From Nanobdellota archaeon (lineage in GTDB: Archaea; Nanobdellota; Nanobdellia; SCGC-AAA011-G17; UBA489): DNA of 58,418 nucleotides. This document shows positions 36,484 through 45,537 of this stretch, piece by piece. The translations under genes were made by a program, and so were the position numbers. The notes beneath the pieces were generated by a model, which made no database searches, had not been told where the DNA came from, and saw nothing but the letters and a program-made list of their open reading frames with translations. The stretch lies in contig JAUYMN010000013.1 of assembly GCA_030699455.1 (NCBI GenBank), positions 1 through 58,418 of the forward strand. Direction: 5' to 3'. Numbering within the stretch: the first letter of the stretch is position 1; the number at the start of each line of letters is the position of its first letter.

Positions 36484-37314
36484 TTACATAACAGCCTTCA
36501 ATGCCTTAATACTCACTTCTATTTGTTTGTCATCTGGTTCATTTGTAGTTATCTTTTGCAACCATAGTCCTGGTGTTGTTAAAATGCCAAGCACATTGTT
36601 TGTATTTCTTGAATTAAGCCTCAATATTTCATAACTTACCATTGCAATAACAGGTATTAATAAGATTCTGTATAAAAACTTCAAAAACCAGCTTTCGCTC
36701 CAAACAATAGAGAATAATATTATGCTTATTATAAGCACAATGAATATGAAACTGGTGCCACATCTCGGATGTATTGTGCTGAACTTTTTTACATTTTTAA
36801 CAGTCAATGGTTTTCCTGCTTCATAACAATTAACAGCCTTATGTTCTGCACCATGATATTGAAATACTCTTTTTATGTCATCAAACCTCGATATAAGCCA
36901 CAAGTATCCTATGAACAATGCAACTCTCCAAAATCCATCTGCAATATTAAACAAAATCCGGTCATCAGAAAAAAATTTACTGAGCCACAAAGGCAACAAA
37001 ATAAAGAGTCCTATACCAATCACAAAAGAAAATAATATCATGAAAAAAACGCCCCATCCACCAATTTCTTCATCTTTCTCAAGCTGTTGGTTGCTGCTCC
37101 ATGTAAGCGCTTTAGTACCTATTATAAGCATCTCAAACAGAGAAATCAAGCCTCTCAAAAATATGGTTTTTCTGAACTTTTCAGCAATATTGCTTCTTTT
37201 TTCTTTTCTAATGACAATACTTCCATTCTGCTTTCTAACTGCAACAGCAAGCTTTTTTCTGCTTGCCATCATTACACCTTCAACAACTGCCTGACCGCCA
37301 ATGTATTCTTTCAT
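36484..37314 (-). CDS. DUF1385 family membrane protein
   Basis: GGQAVVEGVMMAS N-terminal motif, YHGAEHKAVNCYE and HPRCGTSF motifs, several TM segments. Confidence 0.8.
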   Translation of the reverse strand: MKEYIGGQAVVEGVMMASRKKLAVAVRKQNGSIVIRKEKRSNIAEKFRKTIFLRGLISLFEMLIIGTKALTWSSNQQLEKDEEIGGWGVFFMILFSFVIGIGLFILLPLWLSKFFSDDRILFNIADGFWRVALFIGYLWLISRFDDIKRVFQYHGAEHKAVNCYEAGKPLTVKNVKKFSTIHPRCGTSFIFIVLIISIILFSIVWSESWFLKFLYRILLIPVIAMVSYEILRLNSRNTNNVLGILTTPGLWLQKITTNEPDDKQIEVSIKALKAVM

Positions 37315-37339
37315 TATTCTAAAATAACGTAAAAGAAAC

Positions 37340-37347
37340 TTTAAAAA
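37340..37347 (+). promoter_or_regulatory. TATA box (TTTAAAAA)
   Basis: Ends 21 nt before the ATG at 37369, supporting the micro-ORF below. Confidence 0.4.
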
Positions 37348-37368
37348 CCTTTACAGATGCAATTTACT

Positions 37369-37509
37369 ATGAAATGTGAAATATGCAGGGGCAAAGCAGA
37401 GTTTACCTTTTTAGAGAAGCCACTTGGCACGTTTATAAACAAAAAATTTGTTTGCAACAATTGTCAAAAATCAAATTCTGTTGAAGAAATCAAAAACAAA
37501 GTAAAGTAA
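37369..37509 (+). CDS. 46-aa zinc-ribbon micro-protein (below ORF-track cutoff)
   Basis: MKCEICRGKAEF...FVCNNCQKSNSVEEIKNKVK has CxxC...CxxC. Canonical TATA spacing. Fills an otherwise empty 260-nt gap. Confidence 0.4.
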   Translation: MKCEICRGKAEFTFLEKPLGTFINKKFVCNNCQKSNSVEEIKNKVK

Positions 37510-37574
37510 CTAATTTTTATAAGTATGGTCGATGCAAAGAAATATTTCTTGGAATATTAAAAGACAGCACGTGG

Positions 37575-40268
37575 CTATCTTTTCAATAATTTCTTCACTT
37601 TTCTGAAACCCTTGTTTTTAATTCCATAGACCCCTGTAACAGCAAGTATAACGGCTATTATTGCAATTCCAACCCCTGGCCTATTGTTCTTTAGGAAGTT
37701 TCCAACAACGTTTCCAGTAATAGGACTTGGCTTATTTGTAACTTCAGGAGTTTCTAATTCAGGAACAACTTCAGGTTCTTCTTCATTAGGTTCTTCCCCA
37801 ACAGTTTCTTCTCCGCCATCATACCTTGTTCTATACATTTCTTGATTATTTCCGCTGGAGCCACCGCCTCCGCCTCCACCGCCTCCGCCAGAGGTTCCAC
37901 CGCCTGCAGGAGGTGTTACATGTTCAGTAACAGCAGAGTGTGTTAACCCGCTAATTTTGTACAATGTTTCATTATTTACAGACTCACAGGTGTACTGTCC
38001 TGTTAGGATTCCATTGCATGTAACTTTCACGCCATTGCTACAGTCACCTTCAACAGCAATAGAAGAAACTTCAGCATCAATTATGCATACATCATTGGTG
38101 TCGATATTAATGTTGTCAATGTAGGCTGTTTTTGTGTCATTTTCTTGCAGTGTTATTCCATTAATTATTATTGAGCCTTGACCATTTGTGTTTGTGTTGA
38201 CAACTATTCTTCTTGTATCAAGAATATTTTCATTTCCAAACACGTAGGGGAATTCAATAAGTGTATTATTTTCTCCAACAATGCTTACACTTCCTTCTCC
38301 AACTATGTTATTTGGATTTTCTTCGTCATTAACAACCAGCATTAATGCACCATTGTTTGTTTCAATATTTGCAGTGCTACCAAGTATAAAATCATCACCA
38401 TTCAAGATGCCATCCCCATCAATATCATCATCTGAATTATCACCTATTCCATCACCATCAGTATCCTCACTTTCTTCAGCATCAAGAGGGAATGCATCTG
38501 CGCCGTCTTTCACACCATCACCATCAGTATCAGGATTTAATGGATCAGTTTCATTGTCATCAACTTGGCCATTTGCATTTGAATCTTCTTCGCCATCAAG
38601 CAACCCATCACCATCAGTATCAGGATTTAATGGATCAGTTGTAAATCCATCAGTATCATCAGATTCAAGGTCATCGATTAAACCATCATTGTCATCATCA
38701 AAATCAACACAGTCTGCGATTCCATCGCTATCATTATCCCCAAAGCCTTCATCAATTATGCCATCACAGGTGTTATCTATACCATCACAGGTCTCAGTGG
38801 ACTCACAGGCAGTATTTACACATATGTCCAGTTCCACACTACAGCTGTCAGCAGTATCGTTATTGTCATCATCACATGTTGGAACTGTTCCACTCTGACA
38901 GTCAAGAACAGCATCACATACTTCAGCACCATCACAGAATAATCCATTACTACAGAAGCCATCATCAGGAGCATTAACAATAACATCTAAATCCTCATCA
39001 CAGCTGTCGACTGTACAGCTTACAGAATCATCAACAGCAGGCGGATTGCCGGCAGCACATTCAAAGTTTTCATTGCAAACTTCTTCGCCATTGCAGAAGA
39101 CGCCATCACCACAGTCAGAATCCACTGCACAGCTTACAAAATTAACACTCATGATAAAATTATCATCAGCAAATGCGTTTTCATCACCATCATCACAAAG
39201 AACATTCCATTGAACAGTATCATCACCAGTTATTATTGTAAAAAATCCTGGAAATACAGTCCCTGTATCACCATTATTAACAGTTATAGTAGGACCAAAA
39301 GGTCTAAATTCTTTCATTGGGTTTGCAACGCTATTGTTCATGTCAGCATACATTTGGCAGTTCAGTGACGGGCTACTGTCATCTGTAACCATGAAATTGA
39401 AAAGAACCAGTTTAGAGTTTCCTGTAACTAAAAACTCCGTTCCGTCTTCAGGAGACAATAATTCAACAACAGGAGATTCATTATCACAAACATTACCAAT
39501 TCCATCGCCGTCATCATCCTCTTGATCAGGATTAAAATCCATAGGGCAGTTATCCTCCCCATCCCTCAATCCATCCCCATCTCCGTCCAGACCATAAAGA
39601 ACCCAGTTCACAAAATTCTCAAAAGTATCTATTGTTTCCTGTGTCCAGAATCCAGGAGAAGGAATTCCAAAGAATCCAACTCTTTCCGATATCTCAGTCC
39701 CATTCAAAAGTTCAGATCCTGCATCTGCAATAAGAAGCAATCCACGCGTATTAAAGTCTGCAAAATTAGCAACTGAATTCAAAAAAGTTTTTTCGGTTTC
39801 AACATAATTAATTTTTTTTCCTGCTGCATTAATCAGCAATTCATCCCCATTAAGACCATCAACTATCATGTATCCTTGGTCATTAAGGTTAATATTTTGT
39901 CCGGAATATGTAAATGCGCCTGACCCGCTTGACTCAACCCATTTCCATTCATCAACATGGGACTTGTAGATAGATATTGTTTTATGGCTGTTAACAGGTA
40001 TGTTTTCCACATAATTAAGATCACCCTCACTGCCGGATTTTCCGGTAATAACAATCAGGTCAAAATCATCAAAGTTTATTGAGTTTACATTATTTCTATC
40101 AATTAATGTCACAACATGCCCCATGCCTTCAAGCAAATCTTTTATAGGCTGTTCATGCTCGCTATCCAGAATACCTACTCTGTTTTTAACAGCTACTGCA
40201 ACATCATCCGCAAAAACAATTTGTGAAAATAACAGCAAAAATAAAATACCAATAATTAATTTTTTCAT
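37575..40268 (-). CDS. giant surface protein: signal peptide, TSP3-type Ca-binding repeats, Cys-rich repeats, poly-Gly linker, PGF-like C-terminal anchor
   Basis: 897 aa. MKKLIIGILFLLLFSQIVFA; repeated D.D.DG..D..D units (DPLNPDTDGDG twice); CDGIDNTCDGIIDEGF-type Cys repeats; GGGTSGGGGGGGGGGSSG; C-terminus RPGVGIAIIAVILAVTGVYGIKNKGFRK. Confidence 0.75.
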   Translation of the reverse strand: MKKLIIGILFLLLFSQIVFADDVAVAVKNRVGILDSEHEQPIKDLLEGMGHVVTLIDRNNVNSINFDDFDLIVITGKSGSEGDLNYVENIPVNSHKTISIYKSHVDEWKWVESSGSGAFTYSGQNINLNDQGYMIVDGLNGDELLINAAGKKINYVETEKTFLNSVANFADFNTRGLLLIADAGSELLNGTEISERVGFFGIPSPGFWTQETIDTFENFVNWVLYGLDGDGDGLRDGEDNCPMDFNPDQEDDDGDGIGNVCDNESPVVELLSPEDGTEFLVTGNSKLVLFNFMVTDDSSPSLNCQMYADMNNSVANPMKEFRPFGPTITVNNGDTGTVFPGFFTIITGDDTVQWNVLCDDGDENAFADDNFIMSVNFVSCAVDSDCGDGVFCNGEEVCNENFECAAGNPPAVDDSVSCTVDSCDEDLDVIVNAPDDGFCSNGLFCDGAEVCDAVLDCQSGTVPTCDDDNNDTADSCSVELDICVNTACESTETCDGIDNTCDGIIDEGFGDNDSDGIADCVDFDDDNDGLIDDLESDDTDGFTTDPLNPDTDGDGLLDGEEDSNANGQVDDNETDPLNPDTDGDGVKDGADAFPLDAEESEDTDGDGIGDNSDDDIDGDGILNGDDFILGSTANIETNNGALMLVVNDEENPNNIVGEGSVSIVGENNTLIEFPYVFGNENILDTRRIVVNTNTNGQGSIIINGITLQENDTKTAYIDNINIDTNDVCIIDAEVSSIAVEGDCSNGVKVTCNGILTGQYTCESVNNETLYKISGLTHSAVTEHVTPPAGGGTSGGGGGGGGGGSSGNNQEMYRTRYDGGEETVGEEPNEEEPEVVPELETPEVTNKPSPITGNVVGNFLKNNRPGVGIAIIAVILAVTGVYGIKNKGFRKVKKLLKR
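38515..38640 (-). repeat. 36-nt exact intragenic repeat, two copies 90 nt apart
   Basis: ccatcaccatcagtatcaggatttaatggatcagtt occurs at 38515-38550 and 38605-38640. Both copies encode DPLNPDTDGDG. Confidence 0.7.
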
Positions 40269-41491
40269 AAATATCTGACCCCCAAGATTACTAATATGAC
40301 CAGTACTACACCTATTATGATTAATGGTAGCTTGCTACTTCCCGAGCTACTGGTATTCCTCATTCCGTTTTCATCCAATTCAAACTTGAAATCATCCATC
40401 TGAAACTTTTTTCCGGAATAAACTATCTCTCTTTTTATTTCATAATTTCCAGCTTTTAGGGGAGTGAAATATACGGCTAAATTCTCCCTTTCTGAAGGGC
40501 CAATCACAATCTCATCCCCTCCAATTACATCTTCTAGTTTTCCATTAATCATAACCTCGCCAGTAAGCTTTGCAGTAAAGTCAACATTTCCCCTGTTTTT
40601 GAAATCAACACTAATCTTTGCAACCTTGCCTATTTCAACATCATCGGGATCATACACTTTTCCTAAACTGCCTTCAAGTTCGGAATTTCCAGAATTTAAG
40701 ATATTAAAATCAACAAGTTTCTCGCCGATAAGTTTACCTTCAAGAGTAACTTTCACTTTTGCAGAAAATTCACCAACACCCCTTCCAGATGTATCCCATT
40801 CAACATCAATAATTTCTATTTGCCCTACATCAACATATGAATCGCTTTTTGTTACACTGTCAATGACTGCCCCATCTTTAAAAATTTCAACATCAATCTT
40901 TGGATTTGATTTTACATTCCCATTGTTCTCCATGTCAACTTTAATTCTTAATGGATAGCCAGTCTCAACATCCCTCGTGCTTATGCTTCTTACTTCACTT
41001 TCTAATTTTTGGTTTCCTGTGACATATATTTTAACTTTTGCAAAAGTCTTAAGTTCAACACCTGAACCAGTCTTAACATCATTATCCACTTCTTCAAATG
41101 CCTTATTTCCTGCAACTTGTATTTCATATTCACCATTAGGAGTATCTTTTGGGATATTAAATACAATCATTGCAAATTCCTTGCCATTTGCATTTATGGA
41201 AAGCTGTGTTATTTCTTTTGACAAATCATCAATATCATAAAATTTAACCCAATCTTTGTAGTCACCATAAGCGACTAAATCGACAATAATATTTTCATCC
41301 GAGGTAGTAGAAAACCTCATAGATTTTTGGTAGCTTTCGCCCTTTAATGCATCCTCAATAGTATATTTTGAAGGAGATACACCAACAGCCAAACCATAAA
41401 CATTAGGCAATAACAGGGCTGAGAATACAATTAAAAAAAATACCCAACTTCCACAATTTTTTATTTCAAACTTCAAGATAATTACCCCCAA
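40265..41491 (-). CDS. surface protein with CARDB/NEW3-like beta-sandwich domains and C-terminal TM anchor
   Basis: 408 aa. Signal/anchor WVFFLIVFSALLLPNVYG, repeated ..V.NNGNV.. Ig-like units, C-terminus LPLIIIGVVLVILVILGVRYL. Non-ATG (TTG) start, so the 5' end is uncertain. Overlaps the next gene by 4 nt. Confidence 0.6.
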   Translation of the reverse strand: MGVIILKFEIKNCGSWVFFLIVFSALLLPNVYGLAVGVSPSKYTIEDALKGESYQKSMRFSTTSDENIIVDLVAYGDYKDWVKFYDIDDLSKEITQLSINANGKEFAMIVFNIPKDTPNGEYEIQVAGNKAFEEVDNDVKTGSGVELKTFAKVKIYVTGNQKLESEVRSISTRDVETGYPLRIKVDMENNGNVKSNPKIDVEIFKDGAVIDSVTKSDSYVDVGQIEIIDVEWDTSGRGVGEFSAKVKVTLEGKLIGEKLVDFNILNSGNSELEGSLGKVYDPDDVEIGKVAKISVDFKNRGNVDFTAKLTGEVMINGKLEDVIGGDEIVIGPSERENLAVYFTPLKAGNYEIKREIVYSGKKFQMDDFKFELDENGMRNTSSSGSSKLPLIIIGVVLVILVILGVRYL

Positions 41492-41612
41492 ATCTAAGTG
41501 AATTTAAACAGTTACTCAAAAGTGGTGTATTTATATTTAAAGATTTCCGGCTTTTGAAGGATATAATCAACATTATAAATTTATTTTAAGAACAAGCTGA
41601 TTTTTTCTTTTC

Positions 41613-42161
41613 ATGAAAAAAAAATTAGTAATATTAACCGTATTAATTGCCTTGCTGGTAGTTACTTTAATATTATTGTTTTATGAAAAGCCATTAAAGG
41701 AAGGGCTGGATAATTATCCAGATTTCTTTTTAAAAGGAAAAACATTTAATGGAAAAATTGTGGTTGACGATAAAGGTCCAGAAGAGGATTTTATCACGGC
41801 ACAGAATTTTTTAGAGGCATTGGGTAAAAAATATAAGTTAAATCCGGACACATTAATACAATACGGCCAATTAGATGGATTATACAACAGCAATGCCATA
41901 TTTATAGGAACATGTAATACAATTCCAAAAAATAAATTTGTCAACATATTTATGGACTGCCTTTCAATGGAGAAGAATGTTGGCATGATAAGACTGGTGG
42001 AAAATAATAATGTCACCATAGTTCAAGTTGTTGGATATGATTATAAGGATACACGGGAAGCAATAGATGTCCTGATAAACAGCAAAGATTATAATCTCGC
42101 AGGAAGGGAAGTGCAGGTGAGAGGAGATCTTCCAAATTTAGAAATAAGGATTACTGGATAA
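41613..42161 (+). CDS. N-anchored exported protein, unknown function
   Basis: MKKKLVILTVLIALLVVTLILLF anchor. 182 aa. Confidence 0.5.
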   Translation: MKKKLVILTVLIALLVVTLILLFYEKPLKEGLDNYPDFFLKGKTFNGKIVVDDKGPEEDFITAQNFLEALGKKYKLNPDTLIQYGQLDGLYNSNAIFIGTCNTIPKNKFVNIFMDCLSMEKNVGMIRLVENNNVTIVQVVGYDYKDTREAIDVLINSKDYNLAGREVQVRGDLPNLEIRITG

Positions 42162-42224
42162 TCTAAAACTTTTTATACTAGACAAATATTTCAAAAAAGG
42201 AGAGGTGGTGTTGAGTGATGGAAA

Positions 42225-42944
42225 GTGAAGAAATTACCAAGAAAACAAAAGATACTATTGTTGACAACAATCTCCATAATAGCCATTTTAATATTTCTAA
42301 CCACAGGCGCTAGAGCAATTAAAGAAGACATATACAAGGAATTTACATGCACATGTTGTGAAACTAGCCTATTGGACACACCTGATTCATGTTTGATGGC
42401 AGAAGGCATGAGAAGCTCGATTGACAATTCTGCTTTGAAATATTTTTATAACAAGGAAAAGATAATGATGGATTCTGTGAAAAAGTTTGGAATTCCATCA
42501 CTAAGTAGAAAAGAACAAAAGATGAATATAGGTCTTAAGCTTATCAATGATACTACAAGCAGTTTTCCAAGCATACAATTTGATCAGGATTTTGTTGAGC
42601 TTGGCGAAATAAGCAATTCAAAAGGCTTAATCTTGATTGATTTTACAATGGAAAATAATGGAACAGCTGATTTAATTATATATGATGTTAAGACTTCATG
42701 TGCATGTTTGTCAGCTTCTTTAATAAAAGACGGACAGGAAAGTTTACGCGCAGGAAGATTCTCTTATCCAGATGGATGGAATTATATAGTCAAGCCAAAT
42801 GAAAAGATAATTCTTCGCGGATTTTATGATCCTCGCATTACCAGTTGGCAGACTGGTTCAGTAGAAAGGATAATAACTATAACCTCAAATGATCCGATGT
42901 ATTTTGAGAGAAGTGTTAGGATAGCTGCTAAGTTGGTTCCTTGA
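42225..42944 (+). CDS. DUF1573 domain protein, N-anchored
   Basis: FVELGEISNSKGLILIDFTMENNGTADLIIYDVKTSCACLSA matches the DUF1573 signature (..N.G...L.I..V..SC.C). GTG start. Confidence 0.7.
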   Translation: MKKLPRKQKILLLTTISIIAILIFLTTGARAIKEDIYKEFTCTCCETSLLDTPDSCLMAEGMRSSIDNSALKYFYNKEKIMMDSVKKFGIPSLSRKEQKMNIGLKLINDTTSSFPSIQFDQDFVELGEISNSKGLILIDFTMENNGTADLIIYDVKTSCACLSASLIKDGQESLRAGRFSYPDGWNYIVKPNEKIILRGFYDPRITSWQTGSVERIITITSNDPMYFERSVRIAAKLVP

Positions 42945-42959
42945 TGTTTTAAATTTATG

Positions 42960-42983
42960 TCTGCAGTATTAGATGTACCGTAA
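42960..42983 (+). repeat. 24-bp direct repeat, left copy (tctgcagtattagatgtaccgtaa)
   Basis: 22/24 identical to 43823-43846. Lies 15 nt after the stop of the DUF1573 gene. Confidence 0.8.
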
Positions 42984-43207
42984 GGCTGAAATTTAGTGCA
43001 ACGTTCCGTAGCGAAGCAAAAATTCAAAGTAAAAAAATCGGCGTATCAAGTGCGAAGCACCATTAGTTAAAAGATAAAAGGTTTGGGGCGTTACAACAAT
43101 AGACACTTATTAGTAGTAGCAAATAAAAAGATTTAAATAGTCTAATATTTTACAAAAACTATCCTATTAATCATACTTTAAGGAGTGATGAAAGGAGGTA
43201 AAACAAA

Positions 43208-43585
43208 ATGGAAAACCTACAATACAATGGAGAGAATGTTTATACACATTCTACAAATAGAGTTACACCTACTGAACTTGCTAGAGCAAGAACAGGTGTC
43301 GGATCTATTCTTGATGCTTATTTTTTCCAAATTGGGCCTGATAGATCAGTTGAAAGAGTTGAGTTTGATAGATCAAGAATTGAAGCTCAACAGGTTGGCT
43401 TAATGGTTGATGTAAAAAGCCAATTTGGAGGACAAGCTTCTGTTGCAGTAGCGGGTCTTGACAGAATAACTCAATTCCTTTACGATACTGCATCTGCTGA
43501 AAAAGATTTATCTGCTCTTAAAGGTAGAGAAGTAACAGAATACAATGCAGGAATGAAACTTTTAGGAATTGGAATAAGACAATAA
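43208..43585 (+). CDS. orphan 125-aa protein, single cargo gene of the repeat-bounded insert
   Basis: Clean ORF with tandem SD sites (AGGAG 43181-43185, GGAGG 43194-43198, the latter 9 nt from the ATG). T-rich terminator follows. No family recognised. Confidence 0.6.
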   Translation: MENLQYNGENVYTHSTNRVTPTELARARTGVGSILDAYFFQIGPDRSVERVEFDRSRIEAQQVGLMVDVKSQFGGQASVAVAGLDRITQFLYDTASAEKDLSALKGREVTEYNAGMKLLGIGIRQ

Positions 43586-43596
43586 AACAATTCTTG

Positions 43597-43611
43597 CATT
43601 TTATTTTTTTA
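43597..43611 (+). terminator. oligo-T terminator
   Basis: cattttatttttttatt begins about 12 nt after the TAA at 43583-43585. Archaeal terminators are T-runs. Confidence 0.5.
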
Positions 43612-43822
43612 TTATATGATTCTCGGCGAAGCCAACAAATTATCCGAAGGATTAGGAACTCCCCCTAAATAAATAGAAAAATTTGGGTGAAGCCAAGCAA
43701 CAACTATTAAGCGAGATAAACATTCGCTTTATAGGTATGTTTTGGATAAAAACGACTGGGAAAATCCTTGTTTTACTTGGAAAAAATTCCAGACGCTTAC
43801 TTTACAACTCACTAATTTCATA

Positions 43823-43846
43823 TCTGCAGTATTAGATTTGCCGTAA
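43823..43846 (+). repeat. 24-bp direct repeat, right copy (tctgcagtattagatttgccgtaa)
   Basis: 22/24 identical to 42960-42983, same orientation. Lies about 25 nt beyond the stop of the convergent VOC gene. Confidence 0.8.
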
Positions 43847-43870
43847 ATTATTAAGAGGTGAACAAAAAAT

Positions 43871-44242
43871 CTATTTGTGTTTATACTTAGCAACTTCAAT
43901 AAGATTGCCTTCTGTATCTTTGCATTGAAAACAACGATAAGGGTAATCAGTGAATGCAAGATTTTCCGGCGGACTCACAATTTTAACACCATGATTTTTT
44001 ACTTTCTCAAAAACAGCATCAACATCATCTGCCCAAAAAACAGGAATTGCATTATTACCGACAATGCGCTTATTACTGATTATCTTTGGATTAATGAGAC
44101 CGAAGTAGAAACCACTTCCAAGGTCAAAGTCAGCCCATGTATCTTTTTCGCGATGAGTAACTTTTATGCCTAACAAATCCTCATAAAAATTGATAGCCCT
44201 GTCCATAATTTTAACTGATAAATAAAAATGGTCTAATTTCAT
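43871..44242 (-). CDS. VOC/glyoxalase-bleomycin-resistance family protein
   Basis: MKLDHFYLSVKIMDRAINFYEDLLGI... fits a VOC N-terminus. Start moved to Met35 (44242); the track ORF begins at an upstream TTG. Confidence 0.75.
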   Translation of the reverse strand: MKLDHFYLSVKIMDRAINFYEDLLGIKVTHREKDTWADFDLGSGFYFGLINPKIISNKRIVGNNAIPVFWADDVDAVFEKVKNHGVKIVSPPENLAFTDYPYRCFQCKDTEGNLIEVAKYKHK

Positions 44243-44427
44243 ATGTGCCATATAGGCAAATGATGTTAATAAAATTTTCTGTCTGTTCTGTTTTTTTGGG
44301 AAATTCTTCATCGTGCTTTTCCATTTCTTAATAAATAACTTCAATCCAAAGAATCATCTGTTCATTAAAAATATATTCTAATCTTAAATAAAAAAGAAGA
44401 ATGTGGCTTTTACACCACATCATAAGT

Positions 44428-45537
44428 TTATTCGTCGTGTGCAGATGTTGAAATCTGTAAAATTCCATGGTAGTTATCTGCTGGTAGACCTAAGTCAGCG
44501 TGTGCTGAAAAGTCAATCTTTTCAGTTTGGCATAATTCTAGAGGATCTTCCAAAATAACCTGCTCATCATTGTCAAAGAATACCTGACCATGTCCGAATC
44601 CAGTTTCATATGGATCCCATTTGACATCGAAATCATTTATTTCTTTGTTGAATGTATCACCTAACAATGTTGAAGATTGCACGGAAATTTCTACTCTTTC
44701 GTTACCTTCATTCTTTACAGTTGGTTTTCCATCTCCACTAATCATGTTATAGTCTCCTTGTATAACCCTATAAACTGAAGGTTGAAGAGCACCATAATCA
44801 AGACCATCTTGGAAATCTATTTCCAAAGCAACAGTACTTACCCAGTCAAAGAATGAGGATACCATGTCACTAAATGCTGATGCGTGGTCAGTAGCCCATG
44901 CTTTTACCTCGTATAGACCAGATGGCTGGTGATATAACATCGGCAAATTCACAGTATACATGTACCATTCAGGCTGGCTGAAGATGTTGTAATTTATTAG
45001 GTCAACATCTGCTTGTGTAATCAAGCCTGCTGCTAGAGCATCTAACTTACAGTCTTCGATAAACTGCATGTCTGCTGGAATTGTTGGATTCAATCTATCA
45101 GCGTGTACTTGGTATTTGAACAATCCACCCTCTGGGTTTCTGTCAAATGCATCGCCAGTAAAGTCACATTTGTTGTTTGCATCTGGAACACAAGGTAATA
45201 AATCTTGAGTGCCTTCAGGATGGTAAACATCAACAAACACCTGTGATATGTCATCTCTTCCTTGCGGATCGCCAACAACAACACATGCGTATATGTCATT
45301 CCTTTCACTGCTAAGTGTTGGGAATAACTGTGTGCCTTGGTCGTTTAGGTTTTCATCTGGTAGTACCCAAACATATTCTATTGATGGTGGTGAGCCTGTA
45401 CCTGCGCCGATAGTAGCACTTTGATCTACTTCGCCTTGGTCACAAATGATATTGTCATCAGAGCAACTCTCCTCTGCAAATACCATTGGCATCATCACAA
45501 GCAATAGACTAACCAATAAAACTAATGCTTTTTTCAT
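44428..45537 (-). CDS. secreted two-domain Cys-containing protein, paralog A
   Basis: Start at MKKALVLLVSLLLVMMPMVFA (45537), preceded by GGGAG. Long identical blocks with 53783..54889 (TQLFPTLSSERNDIYACVVVGDPQGRDDI, GDGKPTVKNEGNERV, LLGDTFNKEINDFDVKWDP, LELCQTEKIDFSAHAD). Confidence 0.7.
   Translation of the reverse strand: MKKALVLLVSLLLVMMPMVFAEESCSDDNIICDQGEVDQSATIGAGTGSPPSIEYVWVLPDENLNDQGTQLFPTLSSERNDIYACVVVGDPQGRDDISQVFVDVYHPEGTQDLLPCVPDANNKCDFTGDAFDRNPEGGLFKYQVHADRLNPTIPADMQFIEDCKLDALAAGLITQADVDLINYNIFSQPEWYMYTVNLPMLYHQPSGLYEVKAWATDHASAFSDMVSSFFDWVSTVALEIDFQDGLDYGALQPSVYRVIQGDYNMISGDGKPTVKNEGNERVEISVQSSTLLGDTFNKEINDFDVKWDPYETGFGHGQVFFDNDEQVILEDPLELCQTEKIDFSAHADLGLPADNYHGILQISTSAHDE

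Noticed and set aside
37853-37913. GC-rich island (ccgcctcc-type repeats) that could be mistaken for a structured RNA or foreign DNA.
   Set aside because: It is the antisense of GGN codons encoding the poly-Gly linker of the 897-aa surface protein, so coding explains it fully.
43185-43403. Alternative ORFs overlapping the orphan cassette gene (43185..43403 +, 43305..43493 -) and ORF 43729..43959 (-) covering the right direct repeat.
   Set aside because: The 43208..43585 frame has the SD, the length and the terminator. The others lack start signals and are low-complexity. 43729..43959 overlaps the VOC gene end and non-coding repeat DNA.
42945-43870. Integron cassette (attC) interpretation of the repeat-bounded insert.
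   Set aside because: No integron integrase is nearby, there is only one cassette, and I could not identify the R''/L''-L'/R' inverted core sites of an attC. It is kept only as a generic site-specific-insertion hypothesis in the findings.
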